From a virus: a stretch of 64,000 nucleotides of DNA. A program made the position numbers and the translations under genes. Each line of letters starts with the position of its first letter. Position 1 is the stretch's first letter. Below the pieces are notes generated by a model. The model did no database searches. It was not told where the DNA came from and saw only the letters and a list, made by a program, of their open reading frames with translations. Shown piece by piece: positions 9,201 through 17,718 of this stretch. The stretch lies in the IMG/VR virus record IMGVR_UViG_3300034110_000188, positions 2,955 to 66,954 of that record; one strand, 5' to 3'.

Positions 9201-10533
9201 AACTGGTGCTGGTACTTATGCATCCTTGACTACACAAATGACCATAAAAGGTAATGGCAATGTCGGTATTGGAACATCTGGTCCAAGTGAAAAACTTGAT
9301 GTTAATGGATACATAACAAGCCAAAGATATTATCCATATAGCTCAGGAGGATCATATATTTCTGGTGACACAGGCGGGGTAGTGGTTGACGGAAGTGGTT
9401 ATTTATACGTTACTGCTGTTGGCGGATCTTATTTTCAAACACCTGTTAGATTCAGAAGCACAATTCAAAATGATTCAAATGCATATCTTCAAGTTAATGG
9501 AGGAACAACTGGCGCGACATATTTTGTTGGAAATATAGGAATAAATAAAAGTGATCCTTCTTCACAAGTAGATATTCTTTCTAATAAAGCTATCTCAGGA
9601 GGATTATCTTTAAGAGTATTAATTGACTCATCTACCAATCAAGGATACTTTGGAGTTGATGGTACAGGCTCTGGAGGTACAGCAGATAAAATATACTTTG
9701 GAGGTAGTGGTAATTCAGGAGACGGTAATGTTGGTTCACAGTTTAATTTGAATTTTCAAGCTGGATATAGTACAAAAATGACTATTTTATCTGGCGGTAA
9801 CGTAGGTATAGGTACAACATCACCAGGAGTAAAGCTACACATTCAAGGATCAAATATAACTGATTCTGCGATTAGGATATTAAACTCTGGCGCTGGAGGT
9901 ATATCGTGGGATATTTATTCCACTAATAATGGATTTACTCAAGGAGGAGGAAAATTATTATTTTACAGAACAGCGGCTGATGGAAGTTCAGGAACAGTTG
10001 TGTTTGATAGTAACGGAAATGTTGGAATTGGAACAACTAACCCATACCAAAAACTAGAAGTACAAGGTTATACACTTTCTACTAAATATGTTTCAGGTGA
10101 GATTGAACCTTTTTCTCAAACTGATAATTGGAGTGGAGATGTTATTGAAGGTAACCCAGATAGTTCTGTAGCTCAATGGGCTCTAGCATACTTAGATCCA
10201 TCATCTAGCACTTGGTATCCAGTAGATGATTCTGCAGTAGGTTCTACATATTTACTAGGAATTTATTTAGGCTCAAATATATTTCTTTTAGAAGGACATA
10301 TTACTGTGCATGATGTAGATACTGGAGGAAATGGACCAGGAATACAAAGTCCAGGAAATGGTTTGCCTATCTATATTAGAGATTCAACAACTATCGGAGA
10401 TATGAGTACTACATTACCAACCACTACAGGAAACTATGTAAGGATAATGGGTCATACTTATTATACAAGTGCTGGTACAGGAGACAACTTTGTTATGAAG
10501 TTTAGACCATCTAATGACTGGATACAATTATAA
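6244..10533 (+). CDS. long modular tail fibre / receptor-binding protein (1429 aa)
   Basis: Gly/Thr/Asn-rich; about 8 GNVGIGT-like linkers; duplicated N-terminal modules. Confidence 0.85.
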   Translation: MIELRPAKYLLGRLAPMDNNDKIPQFNLGAGTYNSTVFLRGDGIWADPLAAGYVPTSRTLTINGVTYDLSANRTWTIDTTSATWGNITGVLSNQTDLQTALNLKEDKANKGIPNGYASLAGDGKVPSTQLPSYVDDVIEVANFAALPAIGETGVIYITLDNNNVYRWSGSVYVQISQPNAVWGSITGTLSSQTDLQSALNAKQNNITLTTTGTSGAATLIGATLNIPRYDSSLIGYVPYVGATGNVNLGEYGLSAGWVQIDTSPTTYTPGVGKLGWNNQDGTIEFQLLGGNVTLQIGQEQVARVVNKTDPSVDLLEANYQVVKVGGAQGNRLKVALAQANNDANSAETLGMVTETIPHNQEGFITTSGLVRNINTTGSLQGETWLDGDMLYLSGTVAGIVTKIKPLAPIHTVIIGYVVRAHVTQGQIYVKVDNGYELGELHDVNTTISKTTPIDADSVLLQDTADSNIWKKLSWLNTKATLKTYFDTLYQAIGNYVPTSRTITINSTTQDLSANRSWTIDKASVGLGNVDNTSDLNKPISTATQTALNAKQDDITLTTTGTSGAATLVGATLNIPQYQSVITNPITGTGTTNYVSKFTSPGSIGDSLIFDNGTNVGVGTNLPLEKLHINGNILLPVSNSLFLVPTLTTYGIGTPNSDGVQIFTGAGDWIRFGHMSGVNTFTDRMVISGSGNVGIATTNPLYRLDVAGIVNTSSFYRVTNGSTLTGAIGSELAIFGAGGNNWIFYNPNATSNVFYTSGSEKMRITPGGSLLLGDTIVPYESAWFGTSVFGKNGTDKVIAGFLSSSTNGAVIGGHNSALSAWANLNINGGDIIFRSDENEKVRIKSNGNVGIGTSNPNRKLTVSGEISSNYGSNQGALWLGEVVNQVASFTSYGILDFTLHHGSGYADIMRIQGNGRVGIGTTNPNGLLEVYAGNSGGLGGHIIINNNGLAVGSSTALIFQDGSAGSARGAISTTTENSPYYGQMDFKTGAGTYASLTTQMTIKGNGNVGIGTSGPSEKLDVNGYITSQRYYPYSSGGSYISGDTGGVVVDGSGYLYVTAVGGSYFQTPVRFRSTIQNDSNAYLQVNGGTTGATYFVGNIGINKSDPSSQVDILSNKAISGGLSLRVLIDSSTNQGYFGVDGTGSGGTADKIYFGGSGNSGDGNVGSQFNLNFQAGYSTKMTILSGGNVGIGTTSPGVKLHIQGSNITDSAIRILNSGAGGISWDIYSTNNGFTQGGGKLLFYRTAADGSSGTVVFDSNGNVGIGTTNPYQKLEVQGYTLSTKYVSGEIEPFSQTDNWSGDVIEGNPDSSVAQWALAYLDPSSSTWYPVDDSAVGSTYLLGIYLGSNIFLLEGHITVHDVDTGGNGPGIQSPGNGLPIYIRDSTTIGDMSTTLPTTTGNYVRIMGHTYYTSAGTGDNFVMKFRPSNDWIQL

Positions 10534-10544
10534 AAAACAATATT

Positions 10545-10727
10545 ATGGCAAAAGCATCTAAATATACCCCAAATGTTTCAGGAATACCTATACTATCCAT
10601 AAATTTTATTCAAAGTAAAACATTAAACCAAATATCAAACATAAAAGGCGTTCCGACTTTAGCTATCCCAGATTGGCCTCCATATGAAGGAAAACAAAAA
10701 GGTGATGAAGCTGAAAAAATGGAATAA
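10545..10727 (+). CDS. hypothetical protein
   Basis: 60-aa ORF with an AT-rich leader. Confidence 0.4.
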   Translation: MAKASKYTPNVSGIPILSINFIQSKTLNQISNIKGVPTLAIPDWPPYEGKQKGDEAEKME

Positions 10728-10802
10728 ATGTTAAAATAAAATAACTAATATTCTTAATAAACAAATAAAAGATAAATACTATATTTGTAAAAAATTTTAA
10801 TT

Positions 10803-10955
10803 ATGAATCAAGAACAAGCGTACCAAGTTATTGAGCAAGCGTTGAACGTTGCTACAACTAAAGGAGTTTACAATTTGCAAGATGCAGCTAATATTTTAGC
10901 AGCATTGAACGTAGTAGGTCCATTATGTATTAAAGAAAAAGAAGATGGTGTTTGA
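10803..10955 (+). CDS. small hypothetical protein (50 aa)
   Basis: Manual translation MNQEQAYQVIEQALNVATTKGVYNLQDA...; TATATTTG promoter at 10780-10787. Confidence 0.6.
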   Translation: MNQEQAYQVIEQALNVATTKGVYNLQDAANILAALNVVGPLCIKEKEDGV

Positions 10956-11271
10956 TTGGATAATCTCTGCAATGGATTGTAAAATTCATGAGGGACAAAT
11001 GACTGACGTAGTACAGACTGTACACTGGCGATACAACGCGAAAGAGTCTATCGAAGATGAAGTTTACTTTGCAGAAATGTACGGTGCAACAGGTGTTGGT
11101 GAGCCAACTCCAGATAACTTCACAGACTACAACAGCTTGACTAAAGAGCAGGTAGTTGGATGGCTAGAAGCAACATTAGACGTTACTGCAATGCAGGAGA
11201 ATTTAGCTAAACAGATTGAGTTACAGATTAACCCAATCGACGTTACGTTACCTCCTCCATTCCCTAATTAA
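10945..11271 (+). CDS. tail fibre-associated (chaperone-like) protein
   Basis: DVVQTVHWRY...F.DY..LT.EQV.GW...PPF, a family typically next to fibre genes. Confidence 0.65.
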   Translation: MVFDWIISAMDCKIHEGQMTDVVQTVHWRYNAKESIEDEVYFAEMYGATGVGEPTPDNFTDYNSLTKEQVVGWLEATLDVTAMQENLAKQIELQINPIDVTLPPPFPN

Positions 11272-11293
11272 TTAGATATCAATATTTTAACTG

Positions 11294-11326
11294 AAGCCTC
11301 ATGTGTTAATTCATATGAGGTTTTTT
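11294..11326 (+). terminator. intrinsic terminator
   Basis: GCCTCATGTG-loop-CATATGAGGT followed by a T-run. Confidence 0.7.
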
Positions 11327-11342
11327 ATTTATCTTTGTCTAC

Positions 11343-11768
11343 ATGAAGTTATACTTATTTTTACTTGTCTTAATAGCAGTTAGTTGCACACCTCAGCGTA
11401 GATTTACTAGGCTTATTGAGAAGCATCCATACTTACTTACAACAGATTCAATTCAGTTGATTGACACTGTTAGAGTTATAGTTCCTGAAGTTAAGGTAGA
11501 TACTATTGTTATGGTAAACGATCTTCATGATACAATTACGCTTCAGAAAGATCAGTTGACTGTAAAAGTTTGGATGAAAGGTGATCAAGTGTTTATTGAA
11601 GGAGAATGCGACACAGTAATTGTAGATAGAATAATCAACAGAACAGTTCCAGTAAGATACTACGAAAAAGAAAAAGGTTTTATTTGGAAATTCTTTTCAG
11701 GTGGCATAGGTATAACGTTACTAGTTATGTTCATTATTTATATAATTTATAAACGTTACATTAGATGA
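11343..11768 (+). CDS. lipoprotein with C-terminal TM helix (unimolecular spanin candidate)
   Basis: LIAVS-C lipobox; C-terminal hydrophobic helix followed by KRYIR; in lysis cluster. Confidence 0.6.
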   Translation: MKLYLFLLVLIAVSCTPQRRFTRLIEKHPYLLTTDSIQLIDTVRVIVPEVKVDTIVMVNDLHDTITLQKDQLTVKVWMKGDQVFIEGECDTVIVDRIINRTVPVRYYEKEKGFIWKFFSGGIGITLLVMFIIYIIYKRYIR

Positions 11769-12025
11769 GTCAATACATTCAGTTCGGATTAGTGACAGCG
11801 ATCGCTATAATTGGATATTTTTTAAAGATAGTCCACAACGATGTTAGAAAAGCAGTAGAAGACAACGGCAAGTTAAAAGGCAAGGTTGAACTTGTTGAGC
11901 AAGAGAGTAGGTTAAAGTACCAACAGATACTTGAGACAACTCAACTTGAAATACGTAACCTGACTAAAAACATAAGCGACTTAGCTGTGGCTGTTAAAGA
12001 ACTGATGGTTAAAATAAATAAGTAA
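11765..12025 (+). CDS. holin/antiholin-like membrane protein
   Basis: N-terminal TM helix plus coiled coil. Confidence 0.55.
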   Translation: MSQYIQFGLVTAIAIIGYFLKIVHNDVRKAVEDNGKLKGKVELVEQESRLKYQQILETTQLEIRNLTKNISDLAVAVKELMVKINK

Positions 12026-12192
12026 TGGATACAGTAGCAACTCAAGATTTTGGTGTATTTGCAAAGTTAGCTGATCACGGTCCTTTAGGATTGGCTGCGC
12101 TAGCTTTAGGATACGTAGCGTGGATTTTCATCAAGAGACATCTCGCAGATAAAGATAGACAAAAACAAGATTATAAACCAAAGAAGAAATGA
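12025..12192 (+). CDS. small holin-like membrane protein (55 aa), paralog of the next gene
   Basis: Manual translation MDTVATQDFGVFAKLADHGPLGLAALALGYVAWIFIKRHL... Confidence 0.65.
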   Translation: MDTVATQDFGVFAKLADHGPLGLAALALGYVAWIFIKRHLADKDRQKQDYKPKKK

Positions 12193-12443
12193 TACTTCAA
12201 GCTGATTTCGGTATGTTTCAAACTTTAACAGACTACGGTGTGTTAGGATTTGCTGTACTTGCTTTAGGGTACTTAGTTTGGCACTTCTTACAGAAGCTCA
12301 TGAAGAGTGAAGAGGATTACCGTAATCGAGTAGAAGAGCTAGAAGGACAATACAGAGATGACTTAGAGAAGAAGATAGAAGAAAGCACAACAAGTTCTAA
12401 GAGCTTGAAAGAAACTATTCTTATATTTTTGAGTAGAAAGTAG
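12189..12443 (+). CDS. holin-like membrane protein
   Basis: DFGMFQTLTDYGVLGFAVLALGYLVW TM segment plus coiled coil. Confidence 0.6.
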   Translation: MILQADFGMFQTLTDYGVLGFAVLALGYLVWHFLQKLMKSEEDYRNRVEELEGQYRDDLEKKIEESTTSSKSLKETILIFLSRK

Positions 12444-12445
12444 TC

Positions 12446-12811
12446 ATGAAAAGAAAGAAGTTAATATTATTAGGTTCTATGCTAGTGTTTGTAGCACTGC
12501 TATTTTTTCAAGTATTTTCAACTGGTCATGGTCACGTAGTAGTGGTAGAGAAGAATGAAGTTTTAACGAATGAGAATACATCTTTAACCAAAAGCGTATC
12601 TAAACTTAAGTCTAAAAACGCTAAGTTAGTAGAAGAGAAGGAAGCTTTAGTAGAGCAAGTAGCTGAGGTTACTCAGAGTTTAGATAGCACAAGTGAAGTG
12701 GCAAAAGAATTAACAAAAGAACTGAAAGATGAAAAGACTACTAATAGCATTTCTAATGGTCGCGAGTTCGAGTTTGACCCAATCAAACTACCCGATTCAG
12801 AAGATAATTGA
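12446..12811 (+). CDS. membrane-anchored coiled-coil protein (i-spanin-like)
   Basis: Basic N-terminus, TM helix, long coiled coil. Confidence 0.5.
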   Translation: MKRKKLILLGSMLVFVALLFFQVFSTGHGHVVVVEKNEVLTNENTSLTKSVSKLKSKNAKLVEEKEALVEQVAEVTQSLDSTSEVAKELTKELKDEKTTNSISNGREFEFDPIKLPDSEDN

Positions 12812-13235
12812 CGGAGATACATTTGTTGTACTAACTAAGAAGCAGGCTGACGATATAAACACGATATTTGAAAGCCAGAAAAAGAAGTTAGTTATACTAA
12901 AGAGAGATATTAAAGTAAAGGATAGCTTGCTTGCATTGGTATCAAACGATACCATTATAGATACTAGATTTACAGATAGGTTAGATAAGTTAGAGCATTG
13001 GTTAATTAACGCGTCTATAGATGGAGCTTGGTTATACTACTCTTGGGAAGACTCATCAATTTATTCAGTAAATTTGAGAAAGCATTACGTAAGAAAAGAT
13101 GACGCCACTGGAGATTTACTATTCATGCATGGGGAGGAAGAATTTCCTAGCGATAACAGAGAGTATCCAAGAATTAATTGGCAAGAAGAAATTGTTAAAC
13201 CAAAAAGACCTAAGGTCGAAAAAATAGAATTATGA
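12729..13235 (+). CDS. secreted hypothetical protein in lysis cluster
   Basis: Signal-peptide-like N-terminus; overlaps the upstream gene by 83 nt. Confidence 0.55.
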   Translation: MKRLLIAFLMVASSSLTQSNYPIQKIIDGDTFVVLTKKQADDINTIFESQKKKLVILKRDIKVKDSLLALVSNDTIIDTRFTDRLDKLEHWLINASIDGAWLYYSWEDSSIYSVNLRKHYVRKDDATGDLLFMHGEEEFPSDNREYPRINWQEEIVKPKRPKVEKIEL

Positions 13236-13465
13236 GAAAGTTTTTTAGAGATTTAATTACTGATGATAACAACATCAACGAGCAAGCGTTTGTTGGAGTA
13301 GTATCATTTTTTGCAATGCTAGCTGTGCTGTTGGTTGACGTTATTACGGGTGCTTACGGTAAAGAATTAGTAATTAAAGAATTCATTTATGATGGATTTT
13401 TAATATTAACTATCTCTGCGTTTGGTATTAAAGTAGCAGGGAATATAATCAACAAGAAAAAATGA
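13232..13465 (+). CDS. holin-like two-TM protein
   Basis: Two hydrophobic helices and a basic C-terminus; directly before the endolysin. Confidence 0.6.
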   Translation: MRKFFRDLITDDNNINEQAFVGVVSFFAMLAVLLVDVITGAYGKELVIKEFIYDGFLILTISAFGIKVAGNIINKKK

Positions 13466-14076
13466 GTTTAAAAGGTTTACAGACAAAGATCGGTACAACT
13501 GCTGACGGTGCATTTGGACCTGGTACATTAAAGAAGGCTGCTGAGTTTTACAAGTTAACTCCAGAACGTGCAGCACATTTCTTCGCGCAACTTTCGCACG
13601 AGACAGGTGAGTTTAGATTATTCAGCGAGAACTTAAACTATTCAGCTGAAGGACTAAAGAAAACTTTTCCTAAGTATTTTCCTACAAGTATACTAGCTAA
13701 TGCATACGCGCGTAATCCAGAGAAGATTGCAAGCAGAGCTTACGCTAATAGAATGGGTAACGGAGACGAAGCGTCTAAGGATGGATGGAAGTTCAGAGGA
13801 CGTGGTGCTATTCAGTTAACTGGAAAAGCTAACTACCAGAACTTTGCTAACCATATCAAGAACGAAGAGGTTATGACTAACCCAGATATAGTTGCTTCAG
13901 ATTACGCTTTTGAGTCTGCATTATTTTTCTTTGACAGAAATAAACTATGGGACATTTGCGATAAGGGGGTAACTGACGCTACGATACTTTCAGTTACTAA
14001 GCGTATAAATGGAGGTACCACAGGATTATTACACAGATCAGAGCTTACTAAAAAATATTACGGATGGCTAAAGTAA
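13462..14076 (+). CDS. glycoside hydrolase family 19 endolysin
   Basis: AHFFAQLSHET, ENLNYS, FRGRGAIQLTGKANY, TKRINGG; N-terminal ADGAFGPGT peptidoglycan-binding-like motif. Confidence 0.92.
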   Translation: MSLKGLQTKIGTTADGAFGPGTLKKAAEFYKLTPERAAHFFAQLSHETGEFRLFSENLNYSAEGLKKTFPKYFPTSILANAYARNPEKIASRAYANRMGNGDEASKDGWKFRGRGAIQLTGKANYQNFANHIKNEEVMTNPDIVASDYAFESALFFFDRNKLWDICDKGVTDATILSVTKRINGGTTGLLHRSELTKKYYGWLK

Positions 14077-14201
14077 AAGAAACGGGATCTACAAAGACTA
14101 CCGTAAAGGTAAGTAGACCTAATGTTCACGGAAAAACAAAAGAAAGCAAGTTAAAAAGCAGCAAGCTATATACTAAAAAATATAGAGGTCAAGGTAAGTA
14201 A
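14064..14201 (+). CDS. small highly basic protein (45 aa)
   Basis: Manual translation MAKVKETGSTK...KLYTKKYRGQGK*. Confidence 0.6.
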   Translation: MAKVKETGSTKTTVKVSRPNVHGKTKESKLKSSKLYTKKYRGQGK

Positions 14202-14224
14202 TTAAAAATAATTATCTTTGTACA

Positions 14225-14335
14225 ATGGGAGAAGCTGTTAAGGTTATTATACTTGGTACTGAAGGAGAGTTTATTATAGAACTTCCTGAAGGAGTAGGGT
14301 GTGATAAAATAATAGAATTCTTAAAGAACTTTTAA
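14225..14335 (+). CDS. small hypothetical protein (36 aa)
   Basis: MGEAVKVIILGTEGEF...; TATCTTTG 4 nt upstream of the ATG. Confidence 0.4.
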   Translation: MGEAVKVIILGTEGEFIIELPEGVGCDKIIEFLKNF

Positions 14336-14346
14336 AAACGATAAAA

Positions 14347-15819
14347 ATGAGTTACAAAATTTACAAAACAGGAGCGTTTGTTATTGTTGAAGATTCAACT
14401 AGTAATCTTACTAGTGAGTTCAACTCACAAAGTGTTCAGATTGAAAAACTAAGAACAGCAGTTACTTCTTACGACTTCTTATATGAAGGAAGTCCTGTAT
14501 TTAGAGGTATGTTCTTAACTGAAATTACAGACGGTTCGGGAAATCCATATACGTCTAATGCATTTGATACATTTAGATTTACACAAGTAGGTAAACAAAA
14601 TGTTGATGGAGTTGGTACGCAAGGACCTACAGGTGCTACAGGTGCTCAAGGACCTACAGGACCAGCTGGAGCTCAAGGACTTACAGGACCAGTAGGACCA
14701 GCAGGATTAGACTGGCAAGGCGCATGGACATCAGGTGCTCCTTATGTTGCTGACGATGCAGTTGCATACGCTGGAGCTTCTTACTTCTGTATTTTAGCTA
14801 CCTCAGGTACAACAGCACCAGACTTAGATGCTACACATTGGGCTTTATTGGCTTCTCAAGGAGCTATAGGACCTGTAGGACCTCAAGGTATTCAGGGTAT
14901 TCAAGGTATTGCAGGGGCTACGGGACCAGCAGGACCTACAGGAGCTACAGGAGCTACAGGACCTCAAGGTATTCAAGGTACAGCAGGATCCAGCACAGCT
15001 ACATTAGCTGACGTACTTACTAATGGTAACGATACATCTACATTAAATTTCAATAACTACCAAGGCAATAACGCTGGTAGTGGCGCTACTGGAAATAACA
15101 ACCATGCATTTGGTACACTTGCATTATCTGGTAACACTGGGTCATTTAACATTGCATTTGGTAGCGATGCTGCTTCTGGTGGGACTGCTTCTAATGTAAT
15201 TGGATTAGGTGTTGATGCGTTACGAACTAACACTAAATCTTTTGCTGTTGGTGTAGGACACGGAAGTGGAACATCAAACACAGGTGACTACATGTCTGCT
15301 GTAGGTCCATTTTCAGCTCAAAACAATACAGGAAACAGTTTATCTGCTCTAGGATATACTGCTGCTTTTAATAACACAGGAAACAATGTAGTAGCTGTTG
15401 GTAACGGAGCTGCTAACTCGAACTCATCTGATAATTCAGTTGGTTTAGGATTTCAAGCTATTCAAGGTGGCACTGGAGATTACACAGTAGGCGTTGGTTC
15501 TCAAGCTGCATACAATAACACTGGATTCGGAGTTGTAGCATTAGGCTTAGCTGCTGCTTATGGTAATACTGGGCAAGAGTTAATCTCTCTAGGTCAGCAA
15601 GCTGGTAGCAACAACACTGGTAACTTTGTTGCAGCTATAGGTAAAAATACAGGTGTAGCAAATCCTTTAAGTAGCCAATTTATTATTGGAAATGATTATT
15701 TATCATCATACGCAAATCATGCTGCTGCTGTTGCAGCAATTTCAACGCTAGGTATAGCAGGAAATACTTACTTATACCACAATCAAGCTACAAACTCAAT
15801 TGGAGCTGTAAGATTATAA
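14347..15819 (+). CDS. collagen-like fibre protein with YadA-head-like beta repeats
   Basis: Two (G-X-Y)n blocks; repeated NTG...A.G..A units. Confidence 0.8.
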   Translation: MSYKIYKTGAFVIVEDSTSNLTSEFNSQSVQIEKLRTAVTSYDFLYEGSPVFRGMFLTEITDGSGNPYTSNAFDTFRFTQVGKQNVDGVGTQGPTGATGAQGPTGPAGAQGLTGPVGPAGLDWQGAWTSGAPYVADDAVAYAGASYFCILATSGTTAPDLDATHWALLASQGAIGPVGPQGIQGIQGIAGATGPAGPTGATGATGPQGIQGTAGSSTATLADVLTNGNDTSTLNFNNYQGNNAGSGATGNNNHAFGTLALSGNTGSFNIAFGSDAASGGTASNVIGLGVDALRTNTKSFAVGVGHGSGTSNTGDYMSAVGPFSAQNNTGNSLSALGYTAAFNNTGNNVVAVGNGAANSNSSDNSVGLGFQAIQGGTGDYTVGVGSQAAYNNTGFGVVALGLAAAYGNTGQELISLGQQAGSNNTGNFVAAIGKNTGVANPLSSQFIIGNDYLSSYANHAAAVAAISTLGIAGNTYLYHNQATNSIGAVRL

Positions 15820-15821
15820 TT

Positions 15822-16382
15822 ATGAAGTTAGACGCATATAACTTACTACAATACCAAATAGGAGACTACGTGTTCGGTTATAGACCGAACACTCCTCCTG
15901 GTAGTGTATTTAATTTGAATGACACTTTTGCTAAAGTTATTTCAAAAGCAAACTTGTCGACTGGCACATCTAGTTTAACTCCTGTTATTTTGGATTCTTT
16001 ATTGATTCCAGCTAACACAGTTAAAACAGGTGATGTAATTGAGCTAAGAGGTATTTTTGAAAAGACAGGAGGTTTAGGCGGAGCAACATATGGCATGAGC
16101 TTAAATACAACTAACGCTACTGTTGGAACGGCTATAGGTACACTAACAGCAGGTATGACGCAATTATTTGTAAACAAGTTTATGCACTTGTGCGTTACTC
16201 CATCTGGAACTTATTTATTAAACCCAGGGGCTTCAATGTTGAACGATGAAGTTGTATCACCTTCAATTGCACCAGTGTCACTTACTATAGATTGGTCTGT
16301 TAATCAGTACTTAATTCTAACAGGTCAAGTGATAAATGCAGGAGACTCAGTAAGAAGTTTAGGAATTAAGGCGGTTGTTTAA
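15822..16382 (+). CDS. putative virion/fibre accessory protein
   Basis: 186-aa beta-rich ORF following the fibre gene. Confidence 0.55.
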   Translation: MKLDAYNLLQYQIGDYVFGYRPNTPPGSVFNLNDTFAKVISKANLSTGTSSLTPVILDSLLIPANTVKTGDVIELRGIFEKTGGLGGATYGMSLNTTNATVGTAIGTLTAGMTQLFVNKFMHLCVTPSGTYLLNPGASMLNDEVVSPSIAPVSLTIDWSVNQYLILTGQVINAGDSVRSLGIKAVV

Positions 16383-16393
16383 TCGCCTTTTTT
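16368..16393 (+). terminator. intrinsic terminator, followed by promoter TATATTTG (16396-16403)
   Basis: AAGGCGGTT-GTTT-AATCGCCTT plus T-run. Confidence 0.7.
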
Positions 16394-16422
16394 ATTATAT
16401 TTGCAAAACTAAATTAAATAAA

Positions 16423-16662
16423 ATGGAAAAATTAACACAAGACAGTCTCGATAAGTTGAGAGCTGCACATTCAAGTTACCAGAACTTACGCTCTGAAATG
16501 GCTGACATCTCGTTACACGAAATGATGGTAGCTGAACGCAAACAAGAAGTTAAAGAAGCTATTAATGCTGCTAAGGCAGAGTTGATTGGTATTGAGGCTG
16601 AACTCAAGGAGGAGTATCAAGCTAAAGCAATTAACTTGGCTACAGGTGAAGTTGAGAAATGA
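16423..16662 (+). CDS. small coiled-coil protein
   Basis: MEKLTQDSL...INLATGEV; start moved to ATG 16423, downstream of the promoter. Confidence 0.65.
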   Translation: MEKLTQDSLDKLRAAHSSYQNLRSEMADISLHEMMVAERKQEVKEAINAAKAELIGIEAELKEEYQAKAINLATGEVEK

Positions 16663-16883
16663 GTTTAATTCGTAAAATATCAGTTGGTCCAGATTACAAG
16701 AATGCAATGCATTTTATTGTAGGTCAAGATGTTTTAGGCAATTCTCATAAGATATCTTCAATCAATATTAATGAAAAAGGAGACTATTTAATCCACATTA
16801 AGAATGATTCAGAAGAAGTAGTACTGTGGAAGACATTCACAGTTACTGTTCCTATTTCAATAGAGCACAACATAGACTTCTAA
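16659..16883 (+). CDS. conserved hypothetical phage protein
   Basis: IRKISVGPDYKNAMH; coupled overlap. Confidence 0.7.
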   Translation: MSLIRKISVGPDYKNAMHFIVGQDVLGNSHKISSININEKGDYLIHIKNDSEEVVLWKTFTVTVPISIEHNIDF

Positions 16884-16884
16884 A

Positions 16885-17430
16885 ATGAAATCAATATTTC
16901 ACTTCTTGGTTGAACCAAAAGGTGGGAAGCGATATGATAACGTAAAGGATGTTGGCGAAGGCAAGAAACTTGTGCTAAGTACAAGTCAAGAAGACCACAA
17001 AGCAACAAATAGATACGCAACAGTTATCGCTGTTCCACATAACTACGATGGAGAAATCTCTATCGGAGATGAGGTCATTGTACACCACAACATATTTAGA
17101 AAGTTCTCTGGAATGGACGGACGTGTGAAGAGTGGAAGCTCTCACGTTTTTGAAAAGTACTACGTAGTAGAAGACATAGAGTTATTTCTGTATCGAAGCG
17201 AAAACGGAGAATGGAAAGCTCCGTCTCCTTACATGTTTGTATCTCCTTTACCTAGTGACGATATGGGCTCGTTTAAGAAGCTCTACGGAACTATCGAGTA
17301 CAGTTCCGACCCTAACATCAATTCAGGTGAAATTGTTTCATTTCAGCCAGACTCAGAGTATGAGTTTAAGATTGACGATAAGTTAATGTACAGAATGTAT
17401 AAAAGAAACTTAGTATGGAAGAATCAATAA
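16885..17430 (+). CDS. GroES-like protein, apparently two tandem Cpn10-like domains
   Basis: FLVEP...ATVIAVP...ISIGDEVIVHH, then a second FVSP...GTIEY...SGEIVSF...LMYRM unit. Confidence 0.55.
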   Translation: MKSIFHFLVEPKGGKRYDNVKDVGEGKKLVLSTSQEDHKATNRYATVIAVPHNYDGEISIGDEVIVHHNIFRKFSGMDGRVKSGSSHVFEKYYVVEDIELFLYRSENGEWKAPSPYMFVSPLPSDDMGSFKKLYGTIEYSSDPNINSGEIVSFQPDSEYEFKIDDKLMYRMYKRNLVWKNQ

Positions 17431-17717
17431 TCGATAAAAAGAAACGTATTTGCAAGGCAGGCAGAACGGCTGTTGATGAGTTAATTAAGATTGCTGAAGA
17501 ACCGCTTATACACAGCAGGCTTAATGCTGATAATATGTCTGAAGATGGTCTAGCTGCTGATAAGTTAGTTAGAGCTGCTCAGTCAAAGAAGCTAGCTATA
17601 TTTGATGCGCTAGAAATACTTAACAGAGTTCAGCTTGAGGAGTTAGAAATTGAAGCAGCCGAAATGGGTGATCAAGTTGTTGCTCCGTCAAGTTTTGCAG
17701 AACGAAGAGCGAAGTAA
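17415..17717 (+). CDS. putative terminase small subunit
   Basis: Helical 100-aa ORF directly upstream of terL. Confidence 0.45.
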   Translation: MEESIIDKKKRICKAGRTAVDELIKIAEEPLIHSRLNADNMSEDGLAADKLVRAAQSKKLAIFDALEILNRVQLEELEIEAAEMGDQVVAPSSFAERRAK

Positions 17718-17718
17718 C

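Noticed and set aside
6244-10533. Diversity-generating retroelement targeting the fibre
   Set aside because: No reverse transcriptase in the window, and I noticed no TR/VR pair differing only at adenines.
17650-17718. ORF-track upstream starts for terL (also 3236, 16375, 26057, 55193, 56371)
   Set aside because: These extensions run through upstream genes, terminators or promoters; downstream ATGs fit better.
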